NCBI GenBank assembly: GCA_030264375.1
Contig: JASCQW010000139.1
Coordinates: 17,589,996-17,650,228, forward strand
From: Carcharhinus longimanus
Taxonomy: Eukaryota
Reading direction: 5' to 3'
DNA length: 60,233 nucleotides
Below, piece after piece: positions 1 through 12,699 of the stretch. The translations under genes were made by a program, and so were the position numbers. The notes beneath the pieces were generated by a model. It searched no databases. It was given only the letters and a program-made list of their open reading frames with translations, and had not been told where the DNA came from. Every line of letters begins with the position of its first letter. Positions within the stretch are counted from its first letter, which is position 1.

Positions 1-120
1 AAGGAATTAAGGGTTATGGTGAGCGGGCAGATAAGTGTCCACAAAATGATCAGCCATGATCTTATTGAATGCCGGAGTAGGCTCAAGGGGCCAGATAGCC
101 TATCCCTGCTCCACTTTATG
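1..120 (+). mobile_element. CR1-type LINE 3' UTR fragment
   Basis: gatcagccatgatcttattgaatg...ggctcaaggggccagatagccta, the same 3' UTR motif seen on other CR1 copies in the window. Confidence 0.7.
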
Positions 121-1488
121 TACTGTCTCTTTATTGTCATGAATCACACCATACAACAGGATAAAAGATCCATATACATATTTTCTCCTTGTACATACAC
201 ACATTATATTTCATTGATGAGGATTAGAGATTATGAGAATGTAACTTCATCGTTGAAAAGTAAATAAAAACATTTTGTATATGCTCCCTCTACATCACAT
301 TAAATCTTCATTACTGCAGTCGTTACTAGTTATAGGAATAACCAGGGAATTATTTAAAGATTTGCAAAACCTTCTCCAGTAAAATGAAGATATTTTCCTG
401 TGCCTCAATTGATCAAGGTATTCTCATTATAGATATTTTAATGAGATTTGCAGGATTCAACAAGGTCTGCTCCCATGAGCTTGTGCAGAATGACAATGCA
501 ATTTTCTTACAATGCCCCAGGGTATGATAATACCCTGCAATACTTCAGATTACAATCATGATGCTATGAAAAGTCTTCACTCAAAAACCTGAATGTGAAA
601 GTGAAGTACTGTAAATATGATGAAGATGGATGCCAGAAGACCATCAATATTGATGAGTTGAGCGTTCTGCTGGTAACTGCACCGAAACACAAACAGTATG
701 GTGACATGCTTTTATTATTGGTACAGGAGTCCTTTCTTAAAAAGAAAATCAAAAGATTCTTTTTATCCCTTTTATTTATTGAACTCGTCGCTTCATTTCC
801 AGGGAGTACATTTCTATGGTGTTAGCAATGCCCCCGAACCTCACTTAAGGGGGCCATTGTTCATGCACAAGGCCAACAGGCAGGTTTTTAATCATAGGCA
901 AGAACCATACAGATGGGACACAGGACAGTAAGTAGAAGCCAACCCTTTATTAAAACACATCTCTGACTGAAGCTAATTGCAGCTGACTCAATTATTTACT
1001 GAACTGTGCAAGTTGCCAAAAATGCTACTCAAAACTAACTCCTTCTGATTGGTTTTGAGAAGCTGAACTGGTAAATGGACACTTAAACATTTGAGGCATC
1101 CATGATCAAAAGTAGTACAAAAAGTATTAGTACTCGACTAAAACGGCCTCTAAAGGAGTGAAGTTTACATGGGTGATATTTTAGAAAAAAAACAGTGAAC
1201 ATACTGCAATTGAACGGCAATCACTGGGTACTGAATAAAGTAAAGAGTGATTTGGTGTACAATTGGAGGGAACATTGCAGAAGACCGACCAGAATTTTAT
1301 ACTTTAAGCCTGCCAACAAAGGTTTGCAATGAAAAAAGGGGAATTGTTCAACCAAGAGATCAAGTTGTGTGACATCTTAACAATCTCTTAATTTTAATTT
1401 CCAAATTTAGTCTAAATTTTGAAAAATAGATCTAATTTCGTCACTATGGTATTGCAGCTGCAAGTAATACTTGTTCAAGACACCTCAC

Positions 1489-1594
1489 CTTACTCAGGTC
1501 TTTAGTGGTAACACCATCGTCATCACGACAAGGCAGTTTGTGGACAAATGCCAACATTTGATATTTGGCTCGTATGAATTCTGCCTTGGTGGGG
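1489..1594 (-). CDS. GIT1: GIT1 coding exon (probable coding exon 4), end of ArfGAP domain
   Basis: Minus strand ccacag|C CCC ACC AAG...AGT AAG|gtgagg; 106 bp; (H)PTKAEFIRAKYQMLAFVHKLPCRDDDGVTTKDLSK. Completes the CA|C His codon from the previous exon. Confidence 0.95.
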
Positions 1595-2046
1595 CTGTGG
1601 TTTAAAAGAAAGACATAAAAAGGCACATTTTAGCAATGATATAATTGCAATCTCAATAAGTTTGTTACAATTTCACAGTCAATCACAAGGTCAGACCCAT
1701 CACTACCATGACTGTACACACCGGAAATCACTATTTCAAGATCCACAGGAAAAGATCAGCAGCAATTTATCTATTAGTTACAATTCCCAAATAACAGGAT
1801 GAAATTCCTATGAATCAGATCCATATAATAATTAAATCTAAGGTAATCTATGTAAATTGTACACATCCTGAAATTTTCATTTAAAAATAATTTGTTGAAT
1901 GGACTAATCACATTTTGGAACAAAAATCAGCTACTACTTGTATAAAAAGGGTGGAGAGCAAACAGATTTCACGGAAAAGAGAATGGTCTGTATTTATGCA
2001 ATTTCAGTACAGCAGCCTTGTATTTTAAAAGGCCAGTGGAACTCAC

Positions 2047-2159
2047 TGTACTTTATCCTGAGGGTTTGGTTTGCGCCGTCCACTTTGCACTTGGGCTGGA
2101 TCAAGCAGCGAATGTTCCCAGATTGAGTTGGCTCCATTACTTGCTAAGGTCTGCACCAT
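2047..2159 (-). CDS. GIT1: GIT1 coding exon (probable coding exon 3), ArfGAP domain; not in the supplied ORF track
   Basis: Minus strand ttttag|ATG GTG CAG ACC...AAA GTA CA|gtgagt; 113 bp; MVQTLASNGANSIWEHSLLDPAQVQSGRRKPNPQDKV(H). Phase 0 start matches the previous exon end; DPAQVQSGRRK is GIT1-type. Confidence 0.95.
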
Positions 2160-2458
2160 CTAAAATAAGGTTAAATGAAGATAACCATTTAGAAATCGTT
2201 TCTAAAGACAAAAATTTTACTTTTGTGGTCAGATAGTTCATTCACTTGTTGAGCTGAAGTACTTTTGTCTGATGATGCGGTGTTAGACACTTTATCAGCG
2301 ACCAGGCATAAGGGTGCCACCAATGTGTCAACATTCTGGGACACGGAGTGAAGGAACAAGGATTTTCACCACAAACTTTGTCACTACACAGCAAATTTTT
2401 GAGATCCGTTTGCCCTGAGTTGTCAAGTCACCCAGCAGCTGCTCCCAGCAGGAAGTTA

Positions 2459-2740
2459 GAACATAGAACACTACAGCGCAAACAGGCCCTTCGGCCCACT
2501 AGTTGCGCCGATCACNNNNNNNNNNNNNNNNNNNNNNNNNNNNNNNNNNNNNNNNNNNNNNNNNNNNNNNNNNNNNNNNNNNNNNNNNNNNNNNNNNNNN
2601 NNNNNNNNNNNNNNNTAAGGCATGCCTCCCAATCCAGGCAACATCCTTGTAAATCTCTTCTGCACCCTTTCAATAGCTTCCACGTCCTTCCTATAGTGAG
2701 GCAACCAGAACTGCGCACAGTACTCGAAGTGGGGTCTGAC
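2459..2740 (-). mobile_element. Young 5'-truncated CR1-type LINE with 6-bp TSD
   Basis: Encodes PHYRKDVEAIERVQKRFTRMLPGL; short tctatgt-type tail at ~2459-2470; AAGTTA at 2453-2458 and 2741-2746; internal 100-N gap. Confidence 0.85.
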
Positions 2741-3133
2741 AAGTTATAGCGTGGCACTACTGCATAAAGGCTGAATATATCCAAGCAGGGAAATGATAAC
2801 AGGCACAGGCACAGGCACCACGTTGAGAGAGTGCACGCGCAAGACAGCCAGAGAGAACGAGCGCAAGCAACAGTAGAGCAGCCACAGAGAGTGGGGAGAG
2901 AGCACGGGAGACAGGGGGAGAGAGGGCATGCAAGAGAGCCAGACAGCTAGAGAAAGAGCCAGACATAACCAGGAAGAGTAAAACCAGAAAGAAAAAAAGA
3001 AAACTGATTTCAATCACAGATGCACAGAAATAGAGTCACATCATAAAGCACAACACCATGCTGATTTTAGTGTAGGCGAGAAAGAGACTCTTATACCACT
3101 ACTGATCTGATATGAATCAATATGAATCAACAT

Positions 3134-3424
3134 GCAGCACGATGGCACAGTCATTGGCACTGCCGCCTCAGCGCCAGGGACCCAGGTTCAATTCCAGCTT
3201 TGGATGACTGTATGGAGTTTGCACTTTCTTCCCGTGGCTGTGTGGGTTTCCTCTGGTTTCCAGTTTCCTCTCAGCCCAAAGATTCGCAGGTTAGGTTGAT
3301 TGGCCCCATGGTGCCATGGGGATTAGCAGGGTAAATAAGTGAGATTACAAGGAACCTGACTGTTGTTAGTGCAGGCTCGATGGGCTGATTGGCCTCTTTC
3401 TGCACTGCAGGGATTCTATGATTC
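3134..3424 (+). mobile_element. HE1/V-SINE-like tRNA-derived SINE with CR1-type tail
   Basis: tRNA-like head with B-box ggttcaattcc; core tggagtttgcac...gtgggtttcctc; tail ggcctctttctgcactgcagggattctatg. Confidence 0.8.
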
Positions 3425-4039
3425 AAAAATCTTTGCCAGTCTCTGCAAACAGTCTGTTCAAATCATTTATATAACAATCCTCCTCTCCCCCATGAAAAAG
3501 ATAAGGCTTTTTTCTGGGAAAAGAATCACTAGGGAAGAGAACAGGAAACCAAACAAGATAGCAGATTGATACAAGAAATTAGATTTACTAATCTGCTTAG
3601 TGAAAATCAGTCCCATTTGAAAACCAAAAAATAGAGTAAACCACTTCAGTCAAGCAATTATGAAGAAACAAAAATATCTTCAACGTATTAGTTAAAACCT
3701 AAAGTTTACATCATATTTAAAACAGAACTTCTTTCCAGCAAAGAAAAAACATGTAATCTGGGTAACCAAGGATAGATTGAAATTGACGGGGAAACAATAC
3801 ATTTGAATTATATCCACTTCATATTGCATACATGAGATTACATGCTTAGAATATACAGCACCGAAAATCTAGCCTTCCCGTCTTTTCACATCTAAATCTA
3901 CCATCATAATCATATCACCTAGTCTCCCCTCAAATGTTGAGCTGTTTCTACTTTAAGCAATAGTGTAATTTGCTGGCACTTCCCATGTTCTAAAATTCAT
4001 TCCATTTACATTCATTGTGGTGGATCTCAGAGTCCCGGT

Positions 4040-4640
4040 GGCACTTAGAAGAATCAGAAGTGATTTAATGGAAATGTACAATGTTCTAAAAGGGGTGCGA
4101 CAAGATAGGCAACAGAGGTTTGTTCCCATGGCCTATGAATTAGTTCTAGTTCGGGAGGGTTTTTGTTTATTTTGGCGCTCCGTAGCGGGAGATAGGCGCG
4201 GGGGCTGCTGGGNNNNNNNNNNNNNNNNNNNNNNNNNNNNNNNNNNNNNNNNNNNNNNNNNNNNNNNNNNNNNNNNNNNNNNNNNNNNNNNNNNNNNNNN
4301 NNNNNNNNNNNNNNNNNNNNNNNNNNNNNNNNNNNNNNNNNNNNNNNNNNNNNNNNNNNNNNNNNNNNNNNNNNNNNNNNNNNNNNNNNNNNNNNNNNNN
4401 NNNNNNNNNNNNNNNNNNNNNNNNNNNNNNNNNNNNNNNNNNNNNNNNNNNNNNNNNNNNNNNNNNNNNNNNNNNNNNNNNNNNNNNNNNNNNNNNNNNN
4501 NNNNNNNNNNNNNNNNNNNNNNNNNNNNNNCGTTAACAGCCCGCCCCACCTCCAGATCATTATTCGGGGGCCTATAGACGACACCCACCAGCGTCTTCCT
4601 CCCTTTGTTGTTCCTAATCTCTACCCAAATCCTTTCTAAC
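4040..4640. mobile_element. CR1-type LINE fragments around a gap (RT C-terminal piece on +, endonuclease piece on -)
   Basis: Plus strand LRRIRSDLMEMYNVLKG; minus strand IWVEIRNNKGRKTLVGVVYRPPN (APE endonuclease motif). Confidence 0.7.
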
Positions 4641-7382
4641 ATATGCTCAGAAAAATTGTGAATCTTCTCCACAAATGCAAATGAAATGTCTAATCAGGAG
4701 GACAACACACTAAAATGAACAAGACCATGAAATCTATTGTATAGGTTACAAAGAACAAGTGGGTGGATGATTTTTTTGCTACAATTTCCCTTCTTTTCAA
4801 TGCTTCTCAGATTTGACTTTGACAATATTTCAATAAGGCCCTCATAGTAATGAATTATTTGCTCCTCTTCCATTCTTACTTTTGCATTTAGATGATCAAA
4901 GCCCTTACGAGAGTTGTTAATGTCATCTTCCTCATTATAAACTTGTCCGGAACATTTAATTACAATAGAAGGCTGAACTTGACTAGATTTTCAGGCGTGC
5001 ACAAATGCCAACATTACTTCTCAAAACACCAACTGGTTTCAGGTGTACTATTTATCTGTCAATCTGGAAGCTTTGAAGCCATTCATGGCTCTATGGTCAA
5101 CCCCATCAACTACCAGTGTCATTTATTCCGAAGTGTACAAGCATTGTATTCTACTTAAGTATGAACCAAGATTTCAAACCCAACTTTGCCAAGACCACCT
5201 TCTTCGATCCCTTCCTCCTCCAATCTGGTGCAAAATATTCTCATCCACGTCTTTACCACAGATGAGATTTCTCAAAAGCTTTCCTCCACAAGTTCTCCAC
5301 ATCCGTCCGTCACAAACTTCTATTAATTCAAAACTTTACTGCCCCAGGACTCAGTGCATGAAATTCTACAAGGTGACCTTGCCATTGTCCATCTCTGCTG
5401 GACTCTTCTTCAGTGAATCAGTTTCAAAATCCTCATTTTATCTTTCAAATCCATCCATAACCCCTCTCCAACCCATTGGGAAAATTCTGCAGCTACATGT
5501 CCAAATCTATAATCTCTGTCCCTGGGATACTAGTTTACAAGTATTCTCAAGTACTCATCTCAAAAAGCCATGGAAAGTAAACTTTTGTACTTCTGTCTTC
5601 TGTATTTCTCTTCCAAAATCTTTCCACCTTGCTGCTTTGCCACCTTCTTTCAAGCCTCCTAAAAGCCTTCATCTGGTTCATCTTACATTTTGCCTTCTCT
5701 CCTGCTCAATCCTCACAGTTTAACCTTATCAATTGATTCAACTTTTAAAAAAGCTTGAATACTTAATAAATGAAGATGTACTTTTCCAATCTCATTTTGA
5801 TTTGCTTTTTAGAATGCACTGACAATTTTCTAAAGTCATTTTAACATGTAGATTGAAAGGATGGCTGACCCCTCTCTATTTTGGTGTAGGCAAGTCCACG
5901 CAGGATCCAGGGAGTTAACATTTGGCTACCATATACCAATAGCTTGCACAGCGATCCAAATTTTATCAGGCAGAAGTATGTTCACAAAGATGAGGGATAC
6001 ATTGCCAACGAATAGTAATTAGAAAGATCTTAAAATAATACTTGCAATAAGCTTTGCTTCATACAAGTAGTTTTGGAGGGAGAATACCAGACTGCACACA
6101 TCATCATAGCTAAACAATGCTAACAAAGATGTATCCAAAAGCCTGCCTTTTGTATTTCAAAATGCCCTTGTCTGGAAAGCAGATTTTCAATCCATTAGAA
6201 AGAATATGATCTGGGAAACTACTTGCTTTTCTTGACTGACCCTAATTATTTTGGTGAACCAATTCTAATTTAATGTCATTGATTTTTCTTTGCTGACCAC
6301 CTTAGCAGTTCATTACATTTTTGGTTCTACATAATCAAGTTATTTTTAAAACTGATGCAACTCCTATTCAGATGCAAACACAAATGCTTGCATGCAACTA
6401 CAGGACAATATCATTTTAAATCTATCTCAAAATTGCAAAGAGCTTACCTTCCAACATGTACCTCATTCCAACTACTCACTTGGTTATACTATAAAACTGA
6501 TGTCCACAATTTCTGCTATTTCAGAAAGGCATATTTCAAAGAGTGGATTCTGCCAACTCAATTTTCTTTCATGGGTAAATAAAACTGTCCATGGGCAAAA
6601 ATGGCATAAGCTACAAGCAACTGACCCAAAGTTTAACTGAAACAAAGTTTGTAGAAGTTGCGTATTCATACAATGCACTCAAATAGAGTTTTGCACTTCA
6701 CAATGGGGGCTTGGTTCTTCAAATAATTTTATATTGCAGCAAATAGCATCAAAGTTGCAATGTTACGCACAAGACCTATCATCTGAGTACGCTGTCCCGC
6801 TTTTCATTCACCATTGTATTATATACATCACCAGGCCTATAGAAGAACATTTTTATATTTTACACATCTGATCCACATGCTCAAAACACTGGACAAATTA
6901 AGTCCTAGATGCTGTGTGAGGAGCGGAGTTTTTTTGTTCTGAAAGCATTTCCATTTCTGCTGATGCAGTGTTCTTGTTACAATGAACAATCAATAAGGTA
7001 AAAACACCTTTAACGAACAATGAACCAGACAACAGAATAAATCTACACAATCAAGAAACATCTCACTTAATGATTTACTTGAGTTAATTTGTCTTCCTTA
7101 TATGGGACTCCAGAATAGAGGAGGATTATTTATTATTTTATTATACATCATTCAAAGCAGATCATTTAAATTTTACATGACTATTTCTACAACAAGTCAA
7201 TTTTGAATTCAAGAGCAGTGCTACCACCAGCCTTCTGGCATTTATTCTTTCTCTCTCTACAATTCTAGGAGGGACAGTGTGTTACAAAATATTTCTGCAA
7301 AGGGTCCTATGGAACCTTATTCTATAAACAGGCCAACTCCTTTAGGAGAAAAATACATTGAATAAAGTTATCCTAAAAGTTA

Positions 7383-7640
7383 AAGCTTATTTATTAGTCA
7401 CAAGTAAGGCTACATTAACACTGCAATAAAGTTACTGTGAAATTCCCCTAATCGCCACATTACTGCGACCTGTTCAGGTCAATGCACCTAACCAGCACAT
7501 CTTTCAGACTGTGGGAGGAAACTGGAACACGGAGGAAACCCATGCAGGCATGGGGAGAACGTATAAACTCCACAGACTGTGACCCAAGCTGGGAATTGAA
7601 CACGGGTCCCTGGAGCCGAGTGCGCTAACCACTGCTGCCC
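7383..7640 (-). mobile_element. V-SINE-like SINE with alternative 3' tail
   Basis: Head and core as at 3134, but the tail ends cttgtgactaataaataagc on the minus strand. Confidence 0.75.
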
Positions 7641-8319
7641 CTCTTCAACGGTGTACCTCACATACATTTGTCCATGACATTGTATTGTTATTCATTTTTT
7701 GTTTTTCTTAAAGAGACCAATCTTTCAGTCTGCAACTCTCGCCTGTTCTCTCCCGATCTGCTTTAATCTCCGTTTTAAACTTCCTATAATCCATCAATAA
7801 ATTTGACTCAAAAATTAAGGACAGCCTTTTTACATGTTGAATTTCTTATACAGTCAACACTTCAACTTGGAATAAACATGATCACTGTCAGAGGATGAAT
7901 AAAGGAAGAAGGCTATTCTCTTTGATAATTCAAGTTGCTACCCAGATACCATGAACAAAAACCAAAAAGCAACATCTCACCCCCAGGAAAATAACTTTCA
8001 AATCCTTATTTTAGGGCAGGAGAATGCAAAATTACTCAAAATGTCTGACAAATGGGTTTTTCATCAGCATTCAATTCACTTATCATTTTCCTCCCACTGA
8101 TGTTGCAGGATGCCAACTTCAAAGCAGGTTATTTTCCCAAAAACTAGTTACTGAACTACAGCTAATAAAACAAGCCTGAAAATATTTATATTTATTTGAG
8201 TGAATACTTGAGATTTGAGTGGAAGTTTATACATCTCCAGTTTACAATCCTATACGTTTCCTATAACATCCATTATTGCTTTTTAAAATAATGTGCATCG
8301 TAACACATCTGTCATTCAA

Positions 8320-8855
8320 TTGCCCAGCAATGATCATCACCACCAACACATCTTCCCTTGACATTCATAGCATTAGTAATACTGAATACCCCACCAACAG
8401 CATTGACTAGAAATTTAACTGAACCAGCAAAATAAATATTGCAACTATGAAAGCAGGTTAGGAGCTGGGAAGACAGTGCTGAGTATTTCACATCTGACTT
8501 CCCAAAGCGTGCGCATTCTGTACAAAGCACAAGTCAGGAGTGTGATGGAATACTTTCCACTTGACTGGGTAAGGGTTGTTCTAACACTCCAGAAGCTTAA
8601 TGGAATCCAGGACAAAATAGCCCTGATTAGCACCCTATCAACCACCTGCAAGTTTCTCTTAAGTCACATATCATTCTGATGTGGAAATATTCCACCGTTC
8701 CTTCATTGGGAGTCAAAAACCTAAAAACTCCCAGTGCATGTATTAATTTCACATGAATTAGAACAGTTCAGGATGGCAGCTCACCATAATCTTCTCCAGG
8801 GCAATTAGAAATGGACAACTAATGTTGGTTTTGCCAGTTACAATCATATCCCATG
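8320..8855 (+). mobile_element. Old non-LTR (CR1/L2 group) 3' fragment
   Basis: Decayed ILYKAQVRSVMEY...KLNGIQDK; same family as ~12080-12680, 18800-20535 and 36985-37440. Confidence 0.65.
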
Positions 8856-9669
8856 AACAAAAAAAAACTGAAAAGGCCAAGAAAGGAAATTACAATTAAA
8901 AGTAATATTGGCAACAACTGTTGATTTACCAACATGCTGCAACCCAGAGCAGCAACAGGGGAAATTGTACTTGCAAATTCATTTCTCTCCTCAATCACTG
9001 GACTGAAAAGGGAAGAAAAGGTGACACTTGGGTATTCAACATCTCACTTCATTGAAAACTATAAATCAAATTTATAACTGACCACTGGGCTCTCAACAAT
9101 AAATGTATGAATTAACCTAATAATTAAGTATAGAATACCATTCACAACAATATTGTGGTCATGCACCTGCAGGAATTGAAGCAACAAAATAAAATGATCT
9201 TTCTCCAAGATCCTGATTAAAGCACATATATGAAGAGGTTAAGTGCTGCAGAACTCAGGAGCCTAACCAGATTGATTAAAAATATAATTAGAATACTACA
9301 GGAACAAGCTCCTGGAGAATTAGCAATCATTTGTCAAAAGGTCAATGCATTAGACATCAATAAAAATACAGAAATCTATCACCAGCCTTTTACCTAATGA
9401 GTATTGGCATTTTGTTTTTGCTCTCCTGGAACAACTAGATACTTGGGGTCCAACCGCCATTACTTTTGGTTCATTATCAGCAACCGCTGAAGCAGCCAAC
9501 ATGCTGTTGTTAGTAGCACAATTCAAAATATCATAGTAAAAATCCAACTTCCCATAAACACAGCAGGTTGTATACATGTCATTTCCAAAATTATTGTGCC
9601 TTTAGCAAGACTTATTTTACTAGCAATAAAAGACAAAGTTGCCATAATCTCAGATGATCACAGGATGCG

Positions 9670-9835
9670 ATAGCAGGTGATTTCACCTGAGGTTAAACTC
9701 CATATCACGGGCAAAGGGCGAGGTTGAGAAGGCGGATCTTCGTGAATAACCTCAGCCAGTAAGGGAATTGAATCCATGCTATTGGTTTCGCTTTGCATCA
9801 CTACCCAGCTGTTCAGCCAACTGAGCTCAACTCCA
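9670..9835 (-). mobile_element. tRNA-derived SINE head (family different from HE1)
   Basis: Minus strand agctcagttgg (A-box) ... ggattcaattccc (B-box), followed by a non-tRNA body. Confidence 0.6.
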
Positions 9836-9984
9836 ATACCATGCATTTAATCAGCTTATTTCACTTCTCTGCACAATACATTCACAGACCATGTACCTAT
9901 TTCATACAGAAAAATACTGAGTTCTCCAAAAACATCTAGAACAAAAATAGTTTTTAAAATCTGCCAAAAATATCATGATGATTA

Positions 9985-10240
9985 TCTGAGATATCTGTGC
10001 CCCTCTAATTCTGGTCTCTTCAGCGTTCCCAATTGTAATTGCTCTGCTATTGGCGCCTTCAGCTGCCTAGGTCCTTAACTTTGGAACTCTTTCTCAGCCT
10101 CGTTACCTTGCTGTCCTTCAAGGAACTCCTCAAAACCTACCTCTTTGACCCAACTTTTGGTCATCTGTCCCAATAATACTCAGGCAGCTCAGTGGCTTAC
10201 TTTGTTTTGTAAAGCTTGGGACATTTCAGTACGTTAAAAA
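9985..10240 (+). mobile_element. L2-like LINE 3' end relic
   Basis: gccttcagctgcctagg...tggaactct...ctcctcaaaacctacctctttgacc; a related copy lies at ~38140-38310. Confidence 0.6.
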
Positions 10241-11657
10241 GGTGTGATATTGCTGTTAAAGTTCAATAAGTTCTTAGCTTATAACTGCTGTCCTGGAGAA
10301 CTGAATTGGAAAGTTTAGCAGAGTGGTAAATTTAATTATCAACTCCTTTCCTATATTATTTTTAAACTCTTCCTATTTGTAAAGGAAATGCGTGGGTGTG
10401 TCCCCAAAGCACTTTTGCAATGCAGCACAGATCTTTAGCATTATCCACACAATTAGTCTCATTTGATGGAGCATAATAAGGAAATATAATAATTTCCACA
10501 TTACAAGATCTGCTCCACTCCTAATGCACACTAAAGCCAGAACAAAGTAGTAATTAAAAAGCTTGCAGATTACATGAAAGGAAGGAGAAATACTGTAGCC
10601 GGAAAAATCACAGCAGCAGCCAGATTGCTCTGGCAAACCTCAAAGTTACCTAACGGGACATTCTTCATAAATGCATCTAGACAAAGGATGCCCATAGGCC
10701 ATTAAATACTGGTCAGCACGACAAGGAAATTTAGCCCAAATGAGATTCCATAGCAAGAAAAAATGAAACTGAATACTCCAGAATAGAGCATTTTTCAACT
10801 TTGACATTATGACACTGTCTACTGGACACGAGTCAGGGATGTGATAGAATGTAATTTGTTTTCTGGGCTAAAGAGAGTCTAATGTGGATACTTAGTACTT
10901 ACATGTTCATGCTTAAACAGAAAGTAGATATTTTCCTTCTTCACTTAGCATTTAGATTTCTGAACACTTCACAGAATAAAATTGCAATTTGAAATGCATT
11001 TTAAAAACCTGAACAGATAAAAGCTGCAACTATCTGCAGTTCTAACTGTTCTTTCTGTACTACAGAAAAGCCAAAAAATGTCTGCTCTTTAACAAGGGTA
11101 TGCGACCAGTAATTGAAGAAACAACAACAAATAAAATGCAAAGAGAGGTAAAAAGGCTTTTGAGCTCTTGTACAGTCAAAATGTTTGCCTGTTTCTGCTT
11201 AATAAGCTACTTCTATGCACCATATTTCACTGCCCATTCAAGTAAGTGGAACTTGGCCACCCACTTTACACTTGTCATTCTGTCCCTCTACTGGTGCTTA
11301 GCAAATTTACAAATTCCAATAGGGACACTACCTGACCATTGCTGCTCTAACTTCAACAAATCTTTGATCTCAGCAGTGAAGGAAAATTACCAACATTAAT
11401 TTGTGTCCTATCATTCATACCCAAGCATATCAATGTGATTGGAACCATAAGATTTTGTTCTCTTCATACATCTACAAATATCTAAAGGACACGTCTTAGT
11501 TTTCAATTGTACAATCCTAAATTCATGCGATCCTTTCATCCCAAGGGAAGTTAAAAGTAGGTTAGCTCAAGAAAATACACCCTCTGAAACTATCTTTACT
11601 CCACAAATGCACAGGTAAGAACAGCTGAGACAACTCCCGCATCCACACATTACTCAC

Positions 11658-11791
11658 ATGTAAGAGAGTTGGAGACCATGAACTGTGCCGAAGATGTTTC
11701 ACCATCGAAATGTGTCGACCAAGGCTGCGATGAACACTGCAGCATTCATCACAAACTAGCACTCCACGGTTAATTGACGCCCAACCAGGAT
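11658..11791 (-). CDS. GIT1: GIT1 coding exon (probable coding exon 2), ArfGAP zinc-finger second half and arginine finger
   Basis: Minus strand reads gcacag|AT CCT GGT TGG...CAT|gtgagt; 134 bp; encodes (D)PGWASINRGVLVCDECCSVHRSLGRHISMVKHLRHSSWSPTLLH. GVLVCDECC and VKHLRHS resemble GIT1 more than GIT2. Confidence 0.95.
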
Positions 11792-12226
11792 CTGTGCAAA
11801 TTACAATATGCAATTAGTGGATACATACTATTTCAATTAAGGAGTTGCCGTTTTTAAACAAGGTAAAAATAAAAACATAAATCCTCATTGAGCTACTGAA
11901 ATACGTTTACAGGAAGAGCAATTTACAGGATTTCATGCATGACAATCATTGGAAACAGTATGGTATAAGCAGAGCTAAGCAATCCTGCAAGAAATGGAGC
12001 AAATTGAAGCACTATACTCCTACCAGATCTGGTCAGGAATATTGGTGTATAACTGAACAATAATTGAGGAAGGTCAATGAGGAGTATCAATGAATCTCTC
12101 ACCACCACCACCCTGGGCATCTAGAAAATCAACTGGATGAGCCATATAAACATGACTACAGGAACATGCAAAAGCTGGGCATTCTGCAGCAAGTGACAAA
12201 ACTTTTCCATTGTCTACAAGGTACAG

Positions 12227-12339
12227 ATGATGTGGAGATGCCAGCATTGGACTGGAGTAAACACAGTAAGAAGTCTCACAACACCAGGTTAAAGTCCACA
12301 AGAAGCAACACTGAAAACTTTGGTGTTGAGACATCTTAC
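12227..12339 (-). mobile_element. Penelope-like terminal mini-insertion with fold-back and 8-bp TSD
   Basis: atgatgtggagatgccagcattggactgg...caacaccagg followed by inverted tggtgttgagac; AGGTACAG at 12219-12226 and 12340-12347; interrupts an older LINE. Confidence 0.7.
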
Positions 12340-12699
12340 AGGTACAGGTCAGCAGTGTGATTCTGAATGCAACCCTAACAACATTAAGAAGCTTGGTACC
12401 ATTCAAGATAAAGCTGTCAGCTTGATTGACATCCTATCCATCACTAACATTCTTTCCACCTGTGCTGCACCATGGCAGCAGTTTGTACCAATTACAAAAT
12501 ACACTGCAGCAACCTGCCAAGTTTTCTTGGCCAGTGCTTCACAAATCTGCAATCTCTGCTACTTGGGAAAACACAGGCAGCGGTTTCCCCTTGCAAGTTC
12601 CCTTCCAAGTAGCACACCTTTCTGAATTGCTGTGCCTTTATCAATGCTGGGTCAAAGTCCTGGAACTCCCTTCCAAACAGGACTACATAAGAACCAGAA

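Noticed and set aside
1444-1626. ORF-track 60-aa and 83-aa ORFs (also 11562-11813) as standalone genes
   Set aside because: Only the parts between splice sites match GIT1; the flanks are translated intron.
3111-3130. tatgaatcaa x2 (also gtccaaa(a)gat x2 near 24652) as functional repeats
   Set aside because: Short tandem duplications at SINE edges; most simply slippage or insertion scars.
5043-5723. 226-aa ORF as a novel protein
   Set aside because: Non-ATG start, no recognisable domain, and it overlaps what looks like decayed L2-type sequence.
6440-6460. AAG|GTAAGC on the minus strand as a recursive site
   Set aside because: No upstream polypyrimidine tract, and several nearby AGs.
9760-9835. 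tRNA gene
   Set aside because: A/B boxes are present but there is no convincing cloverleaf, and it runs into a SINE-like body; the same holds for the HE1-like heads.
1489-11791. Assignment as GIT2
   Set aside because: GVLVCDECC, VKHLRHS, TLASNG, DPAQVQSG and HKLPCRDDDG all match GIT1 as I recall it; a phylogeny and synteny check would be the formal test.
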